Assembly: GCF_037042905.1 (NCBI RefSeq)
Contig: NC_087249.1
Span: 51,026,001 to 51,090,000 of the forward strand
Reading direction: 5' to 3'
DNA: 64,000 bases
DNA from: Lytechinus pictus
Lineage: Eukaryota
Shown here: positions 52,627 to 63,960 of the stretch, in pieces
How the letters are laid out: each line of letters opens with the position of its first letter
How positions within the stretch are numbered: the stretch's first letter is position 1
The notes under the pieces: model-generated
Databases searched by the model: none
Told to the model about the DNA's origin: nothing
What the model saw: the letters and a program-made list of their open reading frames with translations, nothing else
Position numbers and translations under genes: made by a program

Positions 52627-55600
52627 TTATAAGGGTGTCTCCTTCTTGTAGCCATTCCTGGAAGGCCCTTCAAATCCAATCTTAGCAGCTTGCTTAATCT
52701 CCAGAGCTGATAATCCATTTCCATTTGTAATAATCCCAGATTGGTTAAGCATTCCTTGGCTAGTGTTTAATCCAGTATTTCCTTGGGGTACGTTTGCCTT
52801 TCGTTGAAACTTAGGGTTGGTACAGATGCCATTGCGTCTGGTACGTGGTTCAGGTGATCCTGGAACACGATTGTTTTGGGCACCCATCAAGCGTTGGATG
52901 TTGATCTGGTTGAAGGAGCCAGGAAGGGAGGCCTTGCGGGCAAAGGCCTGGACCTGATCAGGTGTCAGGTTCACAGGTTGAGAGTTTGAGCGATGATGGG
53001 ATGAGCCCATCTTCATTTCATTCTGTTGCATGATTACAGATTGTTGAAATGAGTGCTTAGCACCATGTGTGGGAGATGGTTGGAGCTGTCCACAGTGATG
53101 GCAGGAACCGTTGCTCTCGTTCATCTGCTTACGGGATAGGCGTGGGGAGTAATCCTGAGGAGGGTAATGAGAACCGTTAGAAGGGTTCTGGAAGGAAGTG
53201 TTCAATTCCTGGCTGTTGATGCTTCCGAGGGAGCTGGCCCTGTACAGAGATTGCTGGCATTCTTGGTGCTGTTGGATCAGGTGCATGTGACTTTGCTGTT
53301 TATGCCAAGGAGATTGAACATCTTGGTGATTTTGATAGTGCCCATTGCCCATCTTCGGAGGCATCTGCTGACTGCTTGTCCGGGGTACGGGACGTCTTGT
53401 TGGTGATGGTGAAGCAGACTTCACATTGTGTACCATCACATGCTGTGATGATCCATTAGGAAGGGGATTTGAAGACTTCCGCACTCTCTGAGGGGTTGGT
53501 GGTGGCTTCCGCTCATCGGAATTAGTTGGGGAGCTTGGAGCGCTTGAAGAGCTCTGGCGCCTAGGGGAGTGCCGTGGAGATGGTTGGGAGGATCCTTCAC
53601 TTGGGGTTGCTGATAGCTGTTCCCGTTGTTGATGCATTGAAGGAGATGACGACCGAGATGTATGAGCAGGTGACTGTGTTCTACGGGATGCAGCACTGGA
53701 TGGTCCAGATGGCTGTCTTCTACTACCATGTTTTGGGGTTCCTTGCAGCTGCTCTGAACTATGAGCTGTAGTGATGTTTTCAGGTATTGTCTGGAAAGAA
53801 CTTGTTGGTGTAATTTTTGTTGGAGTGCCATTTCTCATCAGATTGGGGTCTGGAGAGCATGTTCGTGGGGAAGGGGCTCTCTTGTGTGACACCATGTGTT
53901 GTTGTAGCTGCTCTGTGAAAGACGTTGTTGTTCGGTTTTCCCTCATTGCACTTAGATGCAAGCATGAGTTGTTGGTAGAGTTTGTTAGATTTGATGACGA
54001 CTTTGTTGAAGGATTTGAAGTGCAAGATTTTCTCTTGTCATAAGTAGAGTCTGGAGAGTTTGAGGGAGAACTACCTTGGAGTAAGGCACCATTAGTTAAA
54101 ACTGATGGCTTATTGTCACTGTTGCTTGATGACAAAGAACTACCACTTCTCTTTGAAGATGCTCTGCTTGATGGAGGTGACAAGGGATTTTGAACACCAT
54201 AATCTTCCAATAACTTACTGACTTCCTCGTGGCCACCCTTCAAGGCAACTTTCATTGGTGTACGTCCGTGCTCATCAGCATGATTTGGATTAGCGCCATA
54301 CTGGAGAAGGGCTTTGACAACATCGACGTGGCCTTCTTGTGCAGCAATACAAAGTGCAGATGCACCTTGATTACATGTGTGGTTGATATCAGCTCCTCTT
54401 TCCAATAATACCTTTGCCACAGAGACATGGCCTTGCCATGCTGCTGACTGCAGCACAGACCTGCGTTCCTTATCAACTGCATTGGGATTTGCATTACTTT
54501 GGAGGATGAGAGAGACCATATCAGAGTGGCCTTGCCATGATGCTACATGGAGAGCGGTTCTACCTTCTGTGTCGCAAAGTTCGGTATCGGCACCATTTGC
54601 CAAAAAGAACTGAGCCATAGGGAGTTTGTTTTCCAAGGCAAGCATATACATAGTTGATCTTCCTTCAGCATCTCTGTAATTGATGTCTGCACCATGCTCC
54701 AAGAATAAGCACGCAAGTTCCTGATGTCCCTCTGATGCAGCTGCCCTGAGTGCTGTACGACCATCATGGGAGCAATGACTAACGTTGGCACCATGCACCA
54801 GCAATACCTTCACACCTTCCATATGCCCCTCTTGAGCAGCAAGTACAAGAGGAGTACGTCCATCCCGATCAGCAATGTCCACAGTGACATGAGGCCCCTG
54901 CTCAAGGATTGCAAGGCAGACATCTTGGTGACCCTCATAAGCACACATATGTAATGGTGTCCATCCATGGTTATCTTTGTGCATCTCATCTAATCCCCTC
55001 TCCAGCAACATGCGGACAATCTCACAATTACCTTGAGATGCAGCGATAGATAATACCGTCCTTCCTTCTCCATCGATTGTATCCACAGCAGCACCCCAAT
55101 AGAGAAGTGTCCTAACAATTGTGGGGTGTCCCATAGAAGCAGCTACAATCAATGCTGTCCTGTTGTTATTGTCAGTATGATCAACATCAGCTCCACCTTC
55201 TAACAGTAGTTCAACAACAGTTTGGTGGCCTTCGTAGGCAGCAACCAACAGTGGTGACATTCCCTCATGGTCCCTATGATCAACAGCAGCACCTTTCTCA
55301 ATCAGAAGTGTAACAACATCAGTATGTCCCTGATTAACAGCGATGGACATTGCGGCAACAGACAATGCAGTACGACCATCAAAGTCCTCATGGTTTATTT
55401 CTGCCCCATTGTTTACAAGATATTCCACAATAGCACTATGTCCCATGTATGCTGCAGCTATAAGTGCAGTCCTTCCTTCATGATCCGCTTGATTGACATT
55501 GGCACCATGATCAACAAGAGTTTTCACAATATCTGCATGACCGCCCCATGCTGCTGCTCTCAATGCAGTTCTCTTTTCATTGTGATCACTACAATCCACT

Positions 55601-57393
55601 ACTGCTCCTTTGTTGAGAAGTGTTGTAACAACGTCTGTATGGCCAGCCCAGGCTGCAGAGCGCAAAGGTGTCCATCCATCATGATCCACATGATCAACCT
55701 CAGCATCATGGCTCAACAGCAAAGCAACAACTTCCATATGTCCATGTCGAGATGCCAACCCAAGAGCTGTTTGGCCTGTCCTATCTGTTACTCCAACATC
55801 TGCACCATAGATGAGTAATGATTGAACAACTTCCAGATTCCCGCTGTAGGCAGCATTGGCAAGAAGTGAGCGACCATTGCTATCAACTTGGTTTATTGAT
55901 GCACCACTACTAATGAGTGAATGCAGAGATTCCTGTTTCTCAAGAGCATCTTGGAGAATCAAAGAATTCCTGTCCATATCTACAACTCGAGCACCAGCAC
56001 TGACCAATAGTTGTGTGACTTGCTTATCCTTTGGGGACTGAGAAGCTAGGCAATCATAGAGTGGTGTACCGGCCCAAATTAGCCACAGTGCTAGATGGCT
56101 ACTATCTAGAGGTGGTGAAATCCCTGCTTGGATCAGATTTCTTGCAAAGTCCTGCACCTGTGAAGGGGTCAAGTCTGGAGCACTACATGTATACCTCAAT
56201 GCAAGCATGGTGTGGCCTTCAGTGAGACTGCACATGTACTTCTGTGTGCAATATTTGACATCAAGCAGCCATTCAGAGAAGCTATAATGAAATATTAGAA
56301 TCCGGTTGTCCTTACTTCTCACCAGAATTTTGCACATCATCTTCAGCCTGTCCTGAAACTCCTCTCTTGTCAGGGCAAAATTGCGAGTCTTTGCACATGC
56401 ATAAAGTTCAAGCTCAGTAAGAGGGCACTGAGCAGCAAGCATTACTCCAAGAACCGGTCTGATTTTCGTAAACTGCTTTTTCAGGAACAGGCGCTGGCAC
56501 AACCATAGGTACAATCCATTTAGAGTTCCTGGAATTTCAGTGATGTCTTGAAGTGAAATGAAGCCATCTGCCACTCCATCCAGCACTTTCTCCAGATACA
56601 TGATGCACCCATTGCTCTTGATATGCAACTGATTCAGCATTTCTGCAGTGTCTTTACTCAGCTGCGTACGTATTGCCTCCTCATGATCTAGTCTCCTCAA
56701 TATGTACTGCTGTACATCCCTCACTACATGGGACTTGCGAAGATCGTCCAGGCTGAGCTTACGAAAACCTGTGAACATACGCGTAACAGTCTTACTTTGA
56801 CGGCGCGCACTGCACAGGAGGCAGAGCCAAGGTGGAAAAAGTTCATGGTGATTTGCAAGAAGCTCTGCAATGGTTCTGCTTCCTGCAGGACTATCTCCTT
56901 CCATCACAGGATAAGCCTCGTCCAAAGAATCCACAAGAATGAAGCAGTTACGAGATGGTGGGTTTAGAGAACAAAGAGGCACCAAGACTCCATTCTTGAA
57001 TGCTTCATCTGGATTACGCTCACAGGCAGCAGGCTCTAGGACGGCTTGCACACTTGGGTCCCTCAGCTTCTCGTCATAGCCATGGATGAGAGTGGAGCGT
57101 GTGATCATGTTGACCAGTCCTAGAATGAACTTTGACACGGACAGGGATTCTCGATTGTGAGCCTCACAGAAATGATATGCCAGCATCCTCTTTGTAAGGC
57201 TACGTTGCTTCCCCGAACTAGTCGGCCAGACAATTTCGGAGCAGACCGCCGTCTTTCCACTTCCTGGACCTCCCATAATTAGAGTTCCACATGTTCTTGA
57301 AGCCTGTCTGTTGTCCAAGCCATGGACAAGCTTCTGGAAGGCCCATTCACGGCAGTAGAACCGCTTTCCTTGAAGCATGCAGGTCGTCATCAT
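52627..57393 (-). CDS. ANKRD50: Ankyrin repeat domain-containing protein 50 orthologue (STAND/NACHT-like NTPase + ankyrin array + PDZ-binding motif)
   Basis: 1588-aa ORF. N-terminus LQGKRFYCREWAFQK, Walker A GGPGSGKT, Walker B ILVDSLDE, GFRKLSLDDLRK, IPGTLNGLYLWLCQRLF, long ankyrin array (GWTPLRSAAWAGH, RTALRAAAWGGH...) and C-terminus YKKETPL are all characteristic of ANKRD50. Confidence 0.95.
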   Translation of the reverse strand: MMTTCMLQGKRFYCREWAFQKLVHGLDNRQASRTCGTLIMGGPGSGKTAVCSEIVWPTSSGKQRSLTKRMLAYHFCEAHNRESLSVSKFILGLVNMITRSTLIHGYDEKLRDPSVQAVLEPAACERNPDEAFKNGVLVPLCSLNPPSRNCFILVDSLDEAYPVMEGDSPAGSRTIAELLANHHELFPPWLCLLCSARRQSKTVTRMFTGFRKLSLDDLRKSHVVRDVQQYILRRLDHEEAIRTQLSKDTAEMLNQLHIKSNGCIMYLEKVLDGVADGFISLQDITEIPGTLNGLYLWLCQRLFLKKQFTKIRPVLGVMLAAQCPLTELELYACAKTRNFALTREEFQDRLKMMCKILVRSKDNRILIFHYSFSEWLLDVKYCTQKYMCSLTEGHTMLALRYTCSAPDLTPSQVQDFARNLIQAGISPPLDSSHLALWLIWAGTPLYDCLASQSPKDKQVTQLLVSAGARVVDMDRNSLILQDALEKQESLHSLISSGASINQVDSNGRSLLANAAYSGNLEVVQSLLIYGADVGVTDRTGQTALGLASRHGHMEVVALLLSHDAEVDHVDHDGWTPLRSAAWAGHTDVVTTLLNKGAVVDCSDHNEKRTALRAAAWGGHADIVKTLVDHGANVNQADHEGRTALIAAAYMGHSAIVEYLVNNGAEINHEDFDGRTALSVAAMSIAVNQGHTDVVTLLIEKGAAVDHRDHEGMSPLLVAAYEGHQTVVELLLEGGADVDHTDNNNRTALIVAASMGHPTIVRTLLYWGAAVDTIDGEGRTVLSIAASQGNCEIVRMLLERGLDEMHKDNHGWTPLHMCAYEGHQDVCLAILEQGPHVTVDIADRDGRTPLVLAAQEGHMEGVKVLLVHGANVSHCSHDGRTALRAAASEGHQELACLFLEHGADINYRDAEGRSTMYMLALENKLPMAQFFLANGADTELCDTEGRTALHVASWQGHSDMVSLILQSNANPNAVDKERRSVLQSAAWQGHVSVAKVLLERGADINHTCNQGASALCIAAQEGHVDVVKALLQYGANPNHADEHGRTPMKVALKGGHEEVSKLLEDYGVQNPLSPPSSRASSKRSGSSLSSSNSDNKPSVLTNGALLQGSSPSNSPDSTYDKRKSCTSNPSTKSSSNLTNSTNNSCLHLSAMRENRTTTSFTEQLQQHMVSHKRAPSPRTCSPDPNLMRNGTPTKITPTSSFQTIPENITTAHSSEQLQGTPKHGSRRQPSGPSSAASRRTQSPAHTSRSSSPSMHQQREQLSATPSEGSSQPSPRHSPRRQSSSSAPSSPTNSDERKPPPTPQRVRKSSNPLPNGSSQHVMVHNVKSASPSPTRRPVPRTSSQQMPPKMGNGHYQNHQDVQSPWHKQQSHMHLIQQHQECQQSLYRASSLGSINSQELNTSFQNPSNGSHYPPQDYSPRLSRKQMNESNGSCHHCGQLQPSPTHGAKHSFQQSVIMQQNEMKMGSSHHRSNSQPVNLTPDQVQAFARKASLPGSFNQINIQRLMGAQNNRVPGSPEPRTRRNGICTNPKFQRKANVPQGNTGLNTSQGMLNQSGIITNGNGLSALEIKQAAKIGFEGPSRNGYKKETPL

Positions 57394-57551
57394 GGAAAAT
57401 TATTTGTTAGATTCCAAACTTTTGACACACTCAAATTTTTTAATCCTCTCTGTTGAACAGTTTTTTATCTAACTTTCACCTCTGAGCTCCAATCCCGGTA
57501 GATATCCATTTCCACTTTGCACAACTTGAAAATCATGGAACCAGTCAGTAT
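57394..57551 (-). other. ANKRD50: 5'-UTR part of the ANKRD50 coding exon
   Basis: Acceptor ttttcttcttttcatgtgcag|A at 57552; in-frame stop upstream of ATG 57393. Confidence 0.7.
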
Positions 57552-57951
57552 CTGCACATGAAAAGAAGAAAACAAAATAAACTTGTTAACCAATGATAAT
57601 ACTTTGTGATTTTTCAAGATACTCATAACCACTATTATCTTTTAGCACAGACTTCAGAGTTCAGACTATCAGTGGGGGATAGCCCAACTTATATTTCTAT
57701 TGCCTCTTTTGTTGATTTTATTGACATAGCCTCTGTGGTTCTTGATATCCAGACCAATTTTCAAAGTGACAAAATCCTTATTTTCTGGAAGAAATTAAGA
57801 CACCTGACCACAATACAAAATTACAGATATCCCTGCATTAAATTGGTGATTTATTCTGCATTTTAAGCTCTAGACTAGCTAGAGAATTCACATGACACTA
57901 GATGGATAGAATGGTAAGCACCGAATGTGCAATTTGTGTGTACCATTTTAA

Positions 57952-58346
57952 AGGTAAATGCTAGTTTTGGTAACGATATCAAAATGAGTTCGTACAGAAT
58001 CCAATGAAATGACGACCAAAGTGTCTGTTTGTATAAATAAAACGCATGTGCCAAAGGATTCTGGAAGATATTGTGTAATTGCTGAGAAATCAGCAAATAA
58101 GCACAGGATTCGGGTAGAGCGTCGGGCCCGACGCTCAAAGCAATAATTATACACTGTCCCACGTGCGCTTATCCGTGTTGGGGAAGCTCAGTCTGAACAT
58201 TATTCAGCGTAGATTTCAAGATTTCACAAAGTTCAGTTTATGTAACTGTACCAGATCTAGATCCTCGATGATATACTGACAATTAAGCCTGGTTTTACAG
58301 ACTTTCTCATGAAATCAGTGTTTACTGCAACTACTGGAATTTATCT
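57952..58346. mobile_element. TTAA-targeting (Kolobok-like) element, copy 2
   Basis: TTAA|AG...CT|TTAA; same family and orientation as 43391-43791. Confidence 0.85.
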
Positions 58347-58649
58347 TTAACTCAAGAGCAGCACTTTTTGTATTTTTCTTGAACTAGAGAGAGCCCCAAA
58401 ATAAAAAAATTGGTAATGAAATCCAAATCAGAATAGATTTGTGTACATTTGCTGAATTATGGTTAGATAGACAGCTGAGCCTTACTTTAATTTCAACTGG
58501 TACATGAATCACAAGCAAAATAGGTGTTGGCTTTGACTAAAACCTCTTGACAAGCTTACACAGCACCCCTCCCAACCTCTTTTCCCTACATATAATCTCC
58601 ACATACTGTAGTCATAGAGGATTATCCCTTGATCTTCTTGGGAGACAAC

Positions 58650-59125
58650 AGGTGGTTTCAAACCGCCTCGATCACAAGAATCCTGGTTAAATTACGAGAA
58701 CATTTTTAGGCTAAAAAATACCCATTAATTATTCCTGCATTCACACCGCCCCGAAACATACCCTTCGGGATAAATTCCTGAAGTTAGGAGCATGCGCAGT
58801 ATGGTCTAATAAGCAGACAGGGCGCGAGATTCAAAACCACTAGCCCAGCAGCCACCCACGGCGCCCGCGCACAACGACACGCTGGGCTAAAAGTTCCCGT
58901 AAATTGCTTTCACATTGCCAAAATACCTGCGACCTTGGAAAAATCCCCGCGAAAGTTCTCGTAATTTCGCCAAGTACCTACTATTTAGCGGGTATTTTCT
59001 TTCTGGGAAATTACGCGTAGTTTGCTTTCACATTACCAAAATACCTGGTATTTTCTGATCGGGGTAAATTTCCTGATCAGAGAATACCTGGAACTAACGA
59101 ACTTCGAGGCGGTCTGAAACCACCT
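58650..59125. mobile_element. Harbinger-like non-autonomous DNA transposon, copy 2
   Basis: Same TIRs and internal sequence as 37967-38444, same orientation. Confidence 0.88.
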
Positions 59126-60692
59126 TTTGTTCTTGGATTCCAAGGTATAGTTATTTTTGTCTGGCACCTATATGAAAATTGGACAGTTAAGCCCCCTCCC
59201 TTCTAAATCATAAATCTGATTAACAAATAAGAGTGGGTATTCCAGCCAATGTTCTTTGTTGTGGTGGTTGCCAGTGCTGTGGACTGGAATGCTGGAGTCA
59301 TGCTTTGCATTGCAGGGAAACCGTAGAACTGGGGATGTCCATGGAGGAACAATTTCCTGCATTGAGTACATGGGATTCTGGGAATGAGGAAAGATCCTGA
59401 CCACCTCAAATGAAATGTTAATAGAATATCAAGAATTACAACTGTATCACACATTGTACGTGTACATAAAGCCGTAATTCCTAAAACAATAAAACCATTT
59501 CAAATCATACTTTAAGTCTGATGGAGCTCTAAATAATTAGCTTTCATTTTTTTTGTTTCGTGCATTCATTGCTTCACTCAACTGATGGATCTCATACAAG
59601 AAATACAGAATTACATATGTGTGTTTAGTTTGTTTGATGTTCAGATTTCATTTTGTATTTGGAACTCTAAAAGATGCTCTCTTCAAAACTAAGACTTAAT
59701 TTCTAGCTGGCCCTTTTTCGTTTTCAGTTATAATTGAGAATCCATTATAAGCACTCTATGGTTAGAATATAGCACTGTGTTCGATATTTACTAATCAAGG
59801 AGGTACGCTCAATCAAAAAGAGCAATTGATGAAAACACATCATTTGTGACTAACGCAAGGAGTCCCTGATCAGACAATACACTTTGGTACTCTCTTTGAA
59901 CTTCACTATGGAAATCTTGAAAAAAAAAATATTTTTATTGTTGTGCAAGGGTTTAGATGCCCCTCTCATGGGCTTTTTTTTTTGCTTTGTTGTCAATTGT
60001 GCTAAGTGCCACCCTTTCTCCATTCTGTTAGATCCTGGATCTGCCCCTAACCACATGACCCCCCCCCCCCCCCCTCATTATTCTACCAGGCCTTCAGAGC
60101 TGTTACATTCTTAGGTGCACATGTCCTATGAATAAAACAAAAAAAAACAAGCTAGTACAAATATTAAAATAAATCTTCTTGGGGGATTAAATGATGAGTC
60201 AAATCCACCTGCCCTAAACATACAGGTAATTAAAATGACAAACAGATTAGTCTTTCTTGAGGTCAAGCTTTTCAGATTACATGTGCAAGTTAACACCAGT
60301 CCTAATCACATGATCATGGATTGGAGGTAAGAAAGATTTACCTCTATGATGGGATAGATGGAACAATTATTATTGCAGGTTGAAACAATTTTCATGTAGG
60401 GCCTGATAACTTTTCAATAAAATTTGATTATTTGACCAACTCTGGCATTCTCGAATTTAGGAGTTCACATTAAAAAAAATCTTCTTGTGGGCCTACCTTT
60501 TAGTCCATGTAAGTATTGTCATATTCAAATTGCAACTTTGAGGATATTATTACCTGCAAGTAATCCGCTTAAATTTTTTCCTGTACTGATGTTCTTAATG
60601 ATCACTGCTTCATTATTTTTAAGCCTACATTCTAATCAATTATTGTTATTTTTCCATGCTGAATTATAATTACATTTTCAATGCAGTTAATA

Positions 60693-60947
60693 CAGTGGCA
60701 AAATGAGCCAAAAATTTGAGAGGGTTAGATGTATGGCGTATCACATAAAAACAATAAAAAAAAGTTGTGAGTGAGTGAAGCAAGCAAGCAAATATTTTTA
60801 CATAATATTCAGAAAATAATATATTTCACCCTTCTCTTTTTAATTTTCTTTCCTTTTCTCTTTTTTTCCTTGGTTGTGAAAAATTTGGGTAAGGCAAGAA
60901 CACCTCAAGCCCCCCCCCCCTCCCCCACCCATATCAGTACACCAGTG
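60693..60947. mobile_element. Decayed copy of the 9723-9969 element
   Basis: cagtggca..atgagccaaaaatttgag...agat.tatggcgtatc and ttggt.gtgaaaaatttggg are shared. Confidence 0.55.
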
Positions 60948-63508
60948 AGCTAATATAAGATAAAATGTGAAAGCAAGGAAATGAAATGTCACTTAATTTG
61001 AAATTGAAAACCTTATGTAAATCTAATGTTCAATATCAAAGTAGAATTCAGAAGTTAGCTGAACTCTTCCAAGTATCAACAATTAAACTTGCATGAATCA
61101 TTATCATGCTCTATGTAGTGTCTAACATTGTCATTAAGCTGGAAATTTTATCTTTAAATTTTTTATGTGAATATTCAGTATTCAAAGTTCAAATGCTTAA
61201 TCCGATCCAAATAATTTTGTAAACCAAGCTATAAGAAAGGCCTCTATAGATTTCTTTTTTTTTCATATCGATGATTACAACATGGGGATGTGTTGTTATG
61301 AAATGTGAATATACAACTTTCATGAACACAGGGAATTTTCTTTTATAGTCACATTAACAGTCAGTTATGTGTCAAGCCCTCTGATTATAATGAGCCGGGC
61401 ATGAGTAACGGCCATCGTCTTCATCAGTCAAGAAGAAGAGAGCATCCTGCTCTGAATAATTCAACGATGACAGTACCATGCTGCACTGTATTGCAGTCCA
61501 ATGCAATGATGACTGACTGAGAAAAGGCCTTTCATTCTCCCCAGCCACACAACGGGATGTGATGGGAAGGAGAATGGGAATGTCACATGAATCATAGCAG
61601 AGCGGTGTCAGGTTGCAGTGTGATACAGCACATTCTCAATGGAGTGACTTGCAAGGAGGATTTTAATATGGAGTCCAAGAAATTTACTATCAAGAACCAG
61701 TAATGATGTTTCTTATTATTGACTTTTATAATGACTTGAATCTGAAGGCAGAGCATCTAGGAAAGATCTTTGCAGCAATTGGTGCACAGCACACAAGATT
61801 GTCGAAACACCATTAATCAACAACAATGACGATTGCATCATATTTTTCAAGAAATATGAAGAGACTGATATCTCTCATATTTTAGTGATTTGTTTAATAG
61901 GAATCAAGAAATATTTTATGAAAAGACTACTTTACACTTGTGAAAATTTGATATATATTTGCATCACAAAGATTGCAGTTTGACATTAGAATGGTTTTAT
62001 CATGTGAAAATTCTGAATCAAATGCTAGAAACAAATAATTTTCTAGACTAAAAACAGAGCTGCGATCTAATTTCATAGATTTGCACCTGTTAAAAAGTTA
62101 CAGTCAAGGTTACTTTGATTCATGCTTCTGCCAAACTGAAGCGAGGTCAGTGGTATGAAAGAGGTTTGTGTCCGCCCACCCGGGTAGGATGTAGAAATAA
62201 ATTGATGCAATCCTTTCTGCAAGCCTGCAACAAATCTTAAGTTACATGTAGGAACACATGATATTCCCCCCCATAGCCCCTATAGCCTATCAGACTCAGA
62301 GACTATGCTTGAGTTACAGATCACACTTCTTCTACTATCAATGATTAATTTGCATTGATCACATGTTTTCTAGGAACAAAGTTGGGCTTAAACCTGGAGG
62401 ATTTTTATAATTTATTTTTGTCATTTTTCAGTTTATCTAAATATACCATTTTATTATGCACAGAAGCCTGAAATTGTAAGATGTTTTGCATTGTGAGTGC
62501 AGATCACCACTATAATATAAGGACTTCACCCATCGCACACTGAGCCCACATAGGCTAATCATAATTGTATAGGCCGAGGCACACAGGCATATGCAGGCTG
62601 CAGTCTTCGGTAAATGCATGACAATCTGCTGGTCTTCAGTGGGTTAAACTTGAAAATGTAGCCTTCTAAATGTAGGGGGCAGCCTGGTACCCAACACAGA
62701 AACACACTGCAATGTAAGGGGAATTATTATCCAACAAGGCCTACATGTATAGGCAAATTGGTGAGGTTGAATATGGAGTTGTGAGGAGATTGCATCCTAA
62801 TTTCTCAAAAGTGATGTAATACCAAACGAACCAAAATACCCAACTTCATTTACATGTACCTCCCTCGGCCCTCCTACATAATTTTTTTTTTGTATTTTTA
62901 AATTTTCCTCATACCAACACCCCATCTCTCAATCCTCCCTTGTCTACACCCCCCCCCCCCCCCCCCCTCTGCTCTTTATACCACAAACCTACGTTGCTCC
63001 ATACCATAATAGACAATAAAGTCTTGTTTTCAAACCTAGAAAAATTTCCTCTGTATCTTATCTCCAAAACCCATACATCCTTCTATTGGTCTATTTGGAA
63101 TTGAGAACGAGATGTGAGCCCAATGACAAGTGACACTAATCATTATGAACAAAACAATGCAATGAAGGATTGTTGAATTAGGGGAATAGAATTTAAATAG
63201 ATTACATTAATTACCAATCAAGCTCCTTAGACCAACCAACAAATGATAAATGATCAATTTTTAGGTCTAGATCTAATTTCTTCAAGCCATGGGGCTGGGC
63301 CAAGTCCATGCATGCTATTCACCACAGTATATCCAACCAGCAGAGACGATCTCCCTGAGAGCTCTGCTGAATCTGGCAATTCGACTTGGCGAACACACTC
63401 CGTACCGGTATATTTTTTATGCAACGGTGCATGGCTATCATTCAAAAAATAACTAAAATTATAATATTAGAATCTATAGAATAAAAGTACAGACCAATTA
63501 TTACTTAC

Positions 63509-63720
63509 GATTCAAGTGAAGATGACGAACTCTTAATGTGTACTCCTGTAATAAGGGTCCGATGCTAATGCAATGAAATCAAAATTGATAATATCCCGTA
63601 TAAAATATCCTGTAAAATCCATATAAAACTTGTGGCGGGTATACGACGGGTTCAGATTCTCACGATACGAGAACAGCAGTATGGATGTCGTCTGCTGAGT
63701 GTGTCGGTAATCAGCAATGC
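63509..63720 (-). other. ANKRD50: Probable non-coding first exon of ANKRD50 (5' limit approximate)
   Basis: Consensus donor TC|GTAAGT at 63508-63503 at the edge of a CpG-rich region. Confidence 0.55.
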
Positions 63721-63960
63721 AAAATGCATGTGCGGCTTGTATTTTCGCTCGAATTCCCTGCAAGGCCTATGGGTGAACGTTCGTGTGTATGACTCGTGTT
63801 GCCATAACCTATCTTGGCCAATCAGGGCCTCGGGTCGGATATGGTGGGTGTGGTTTCTATTTGGCCGGAGAGCGCACGGACGAATGAGATTACAGAGTGA
63901 TTGACGTTTCGGTAGGTGTGTGTTGTTCCCCAGCTTCACAAAACGACCGTATTTCTACGC
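63720..63960 (-). promoter_or_regulatory. CpG-rich putative promoter of ANKRD50
   Basis: Abrupt CpG enrichment relative to the gene body; GGCCAATCAG box at 63816-63825. Confidence 0.5.

Noticed and set aside
53167-56967. Antisense and alternative-frame ORFs within ANKRD50
   Set aside because: Expected shadows of a long coding sequence.
37967-59125. Two repeat pairs bracketing the ANKRD50 coding exon (composite transposon or circRNA-promoting pairs)
   Set aside because: The copies are in direct orientation and each has its own complete termini, consistent with independent insertions of abundant families.
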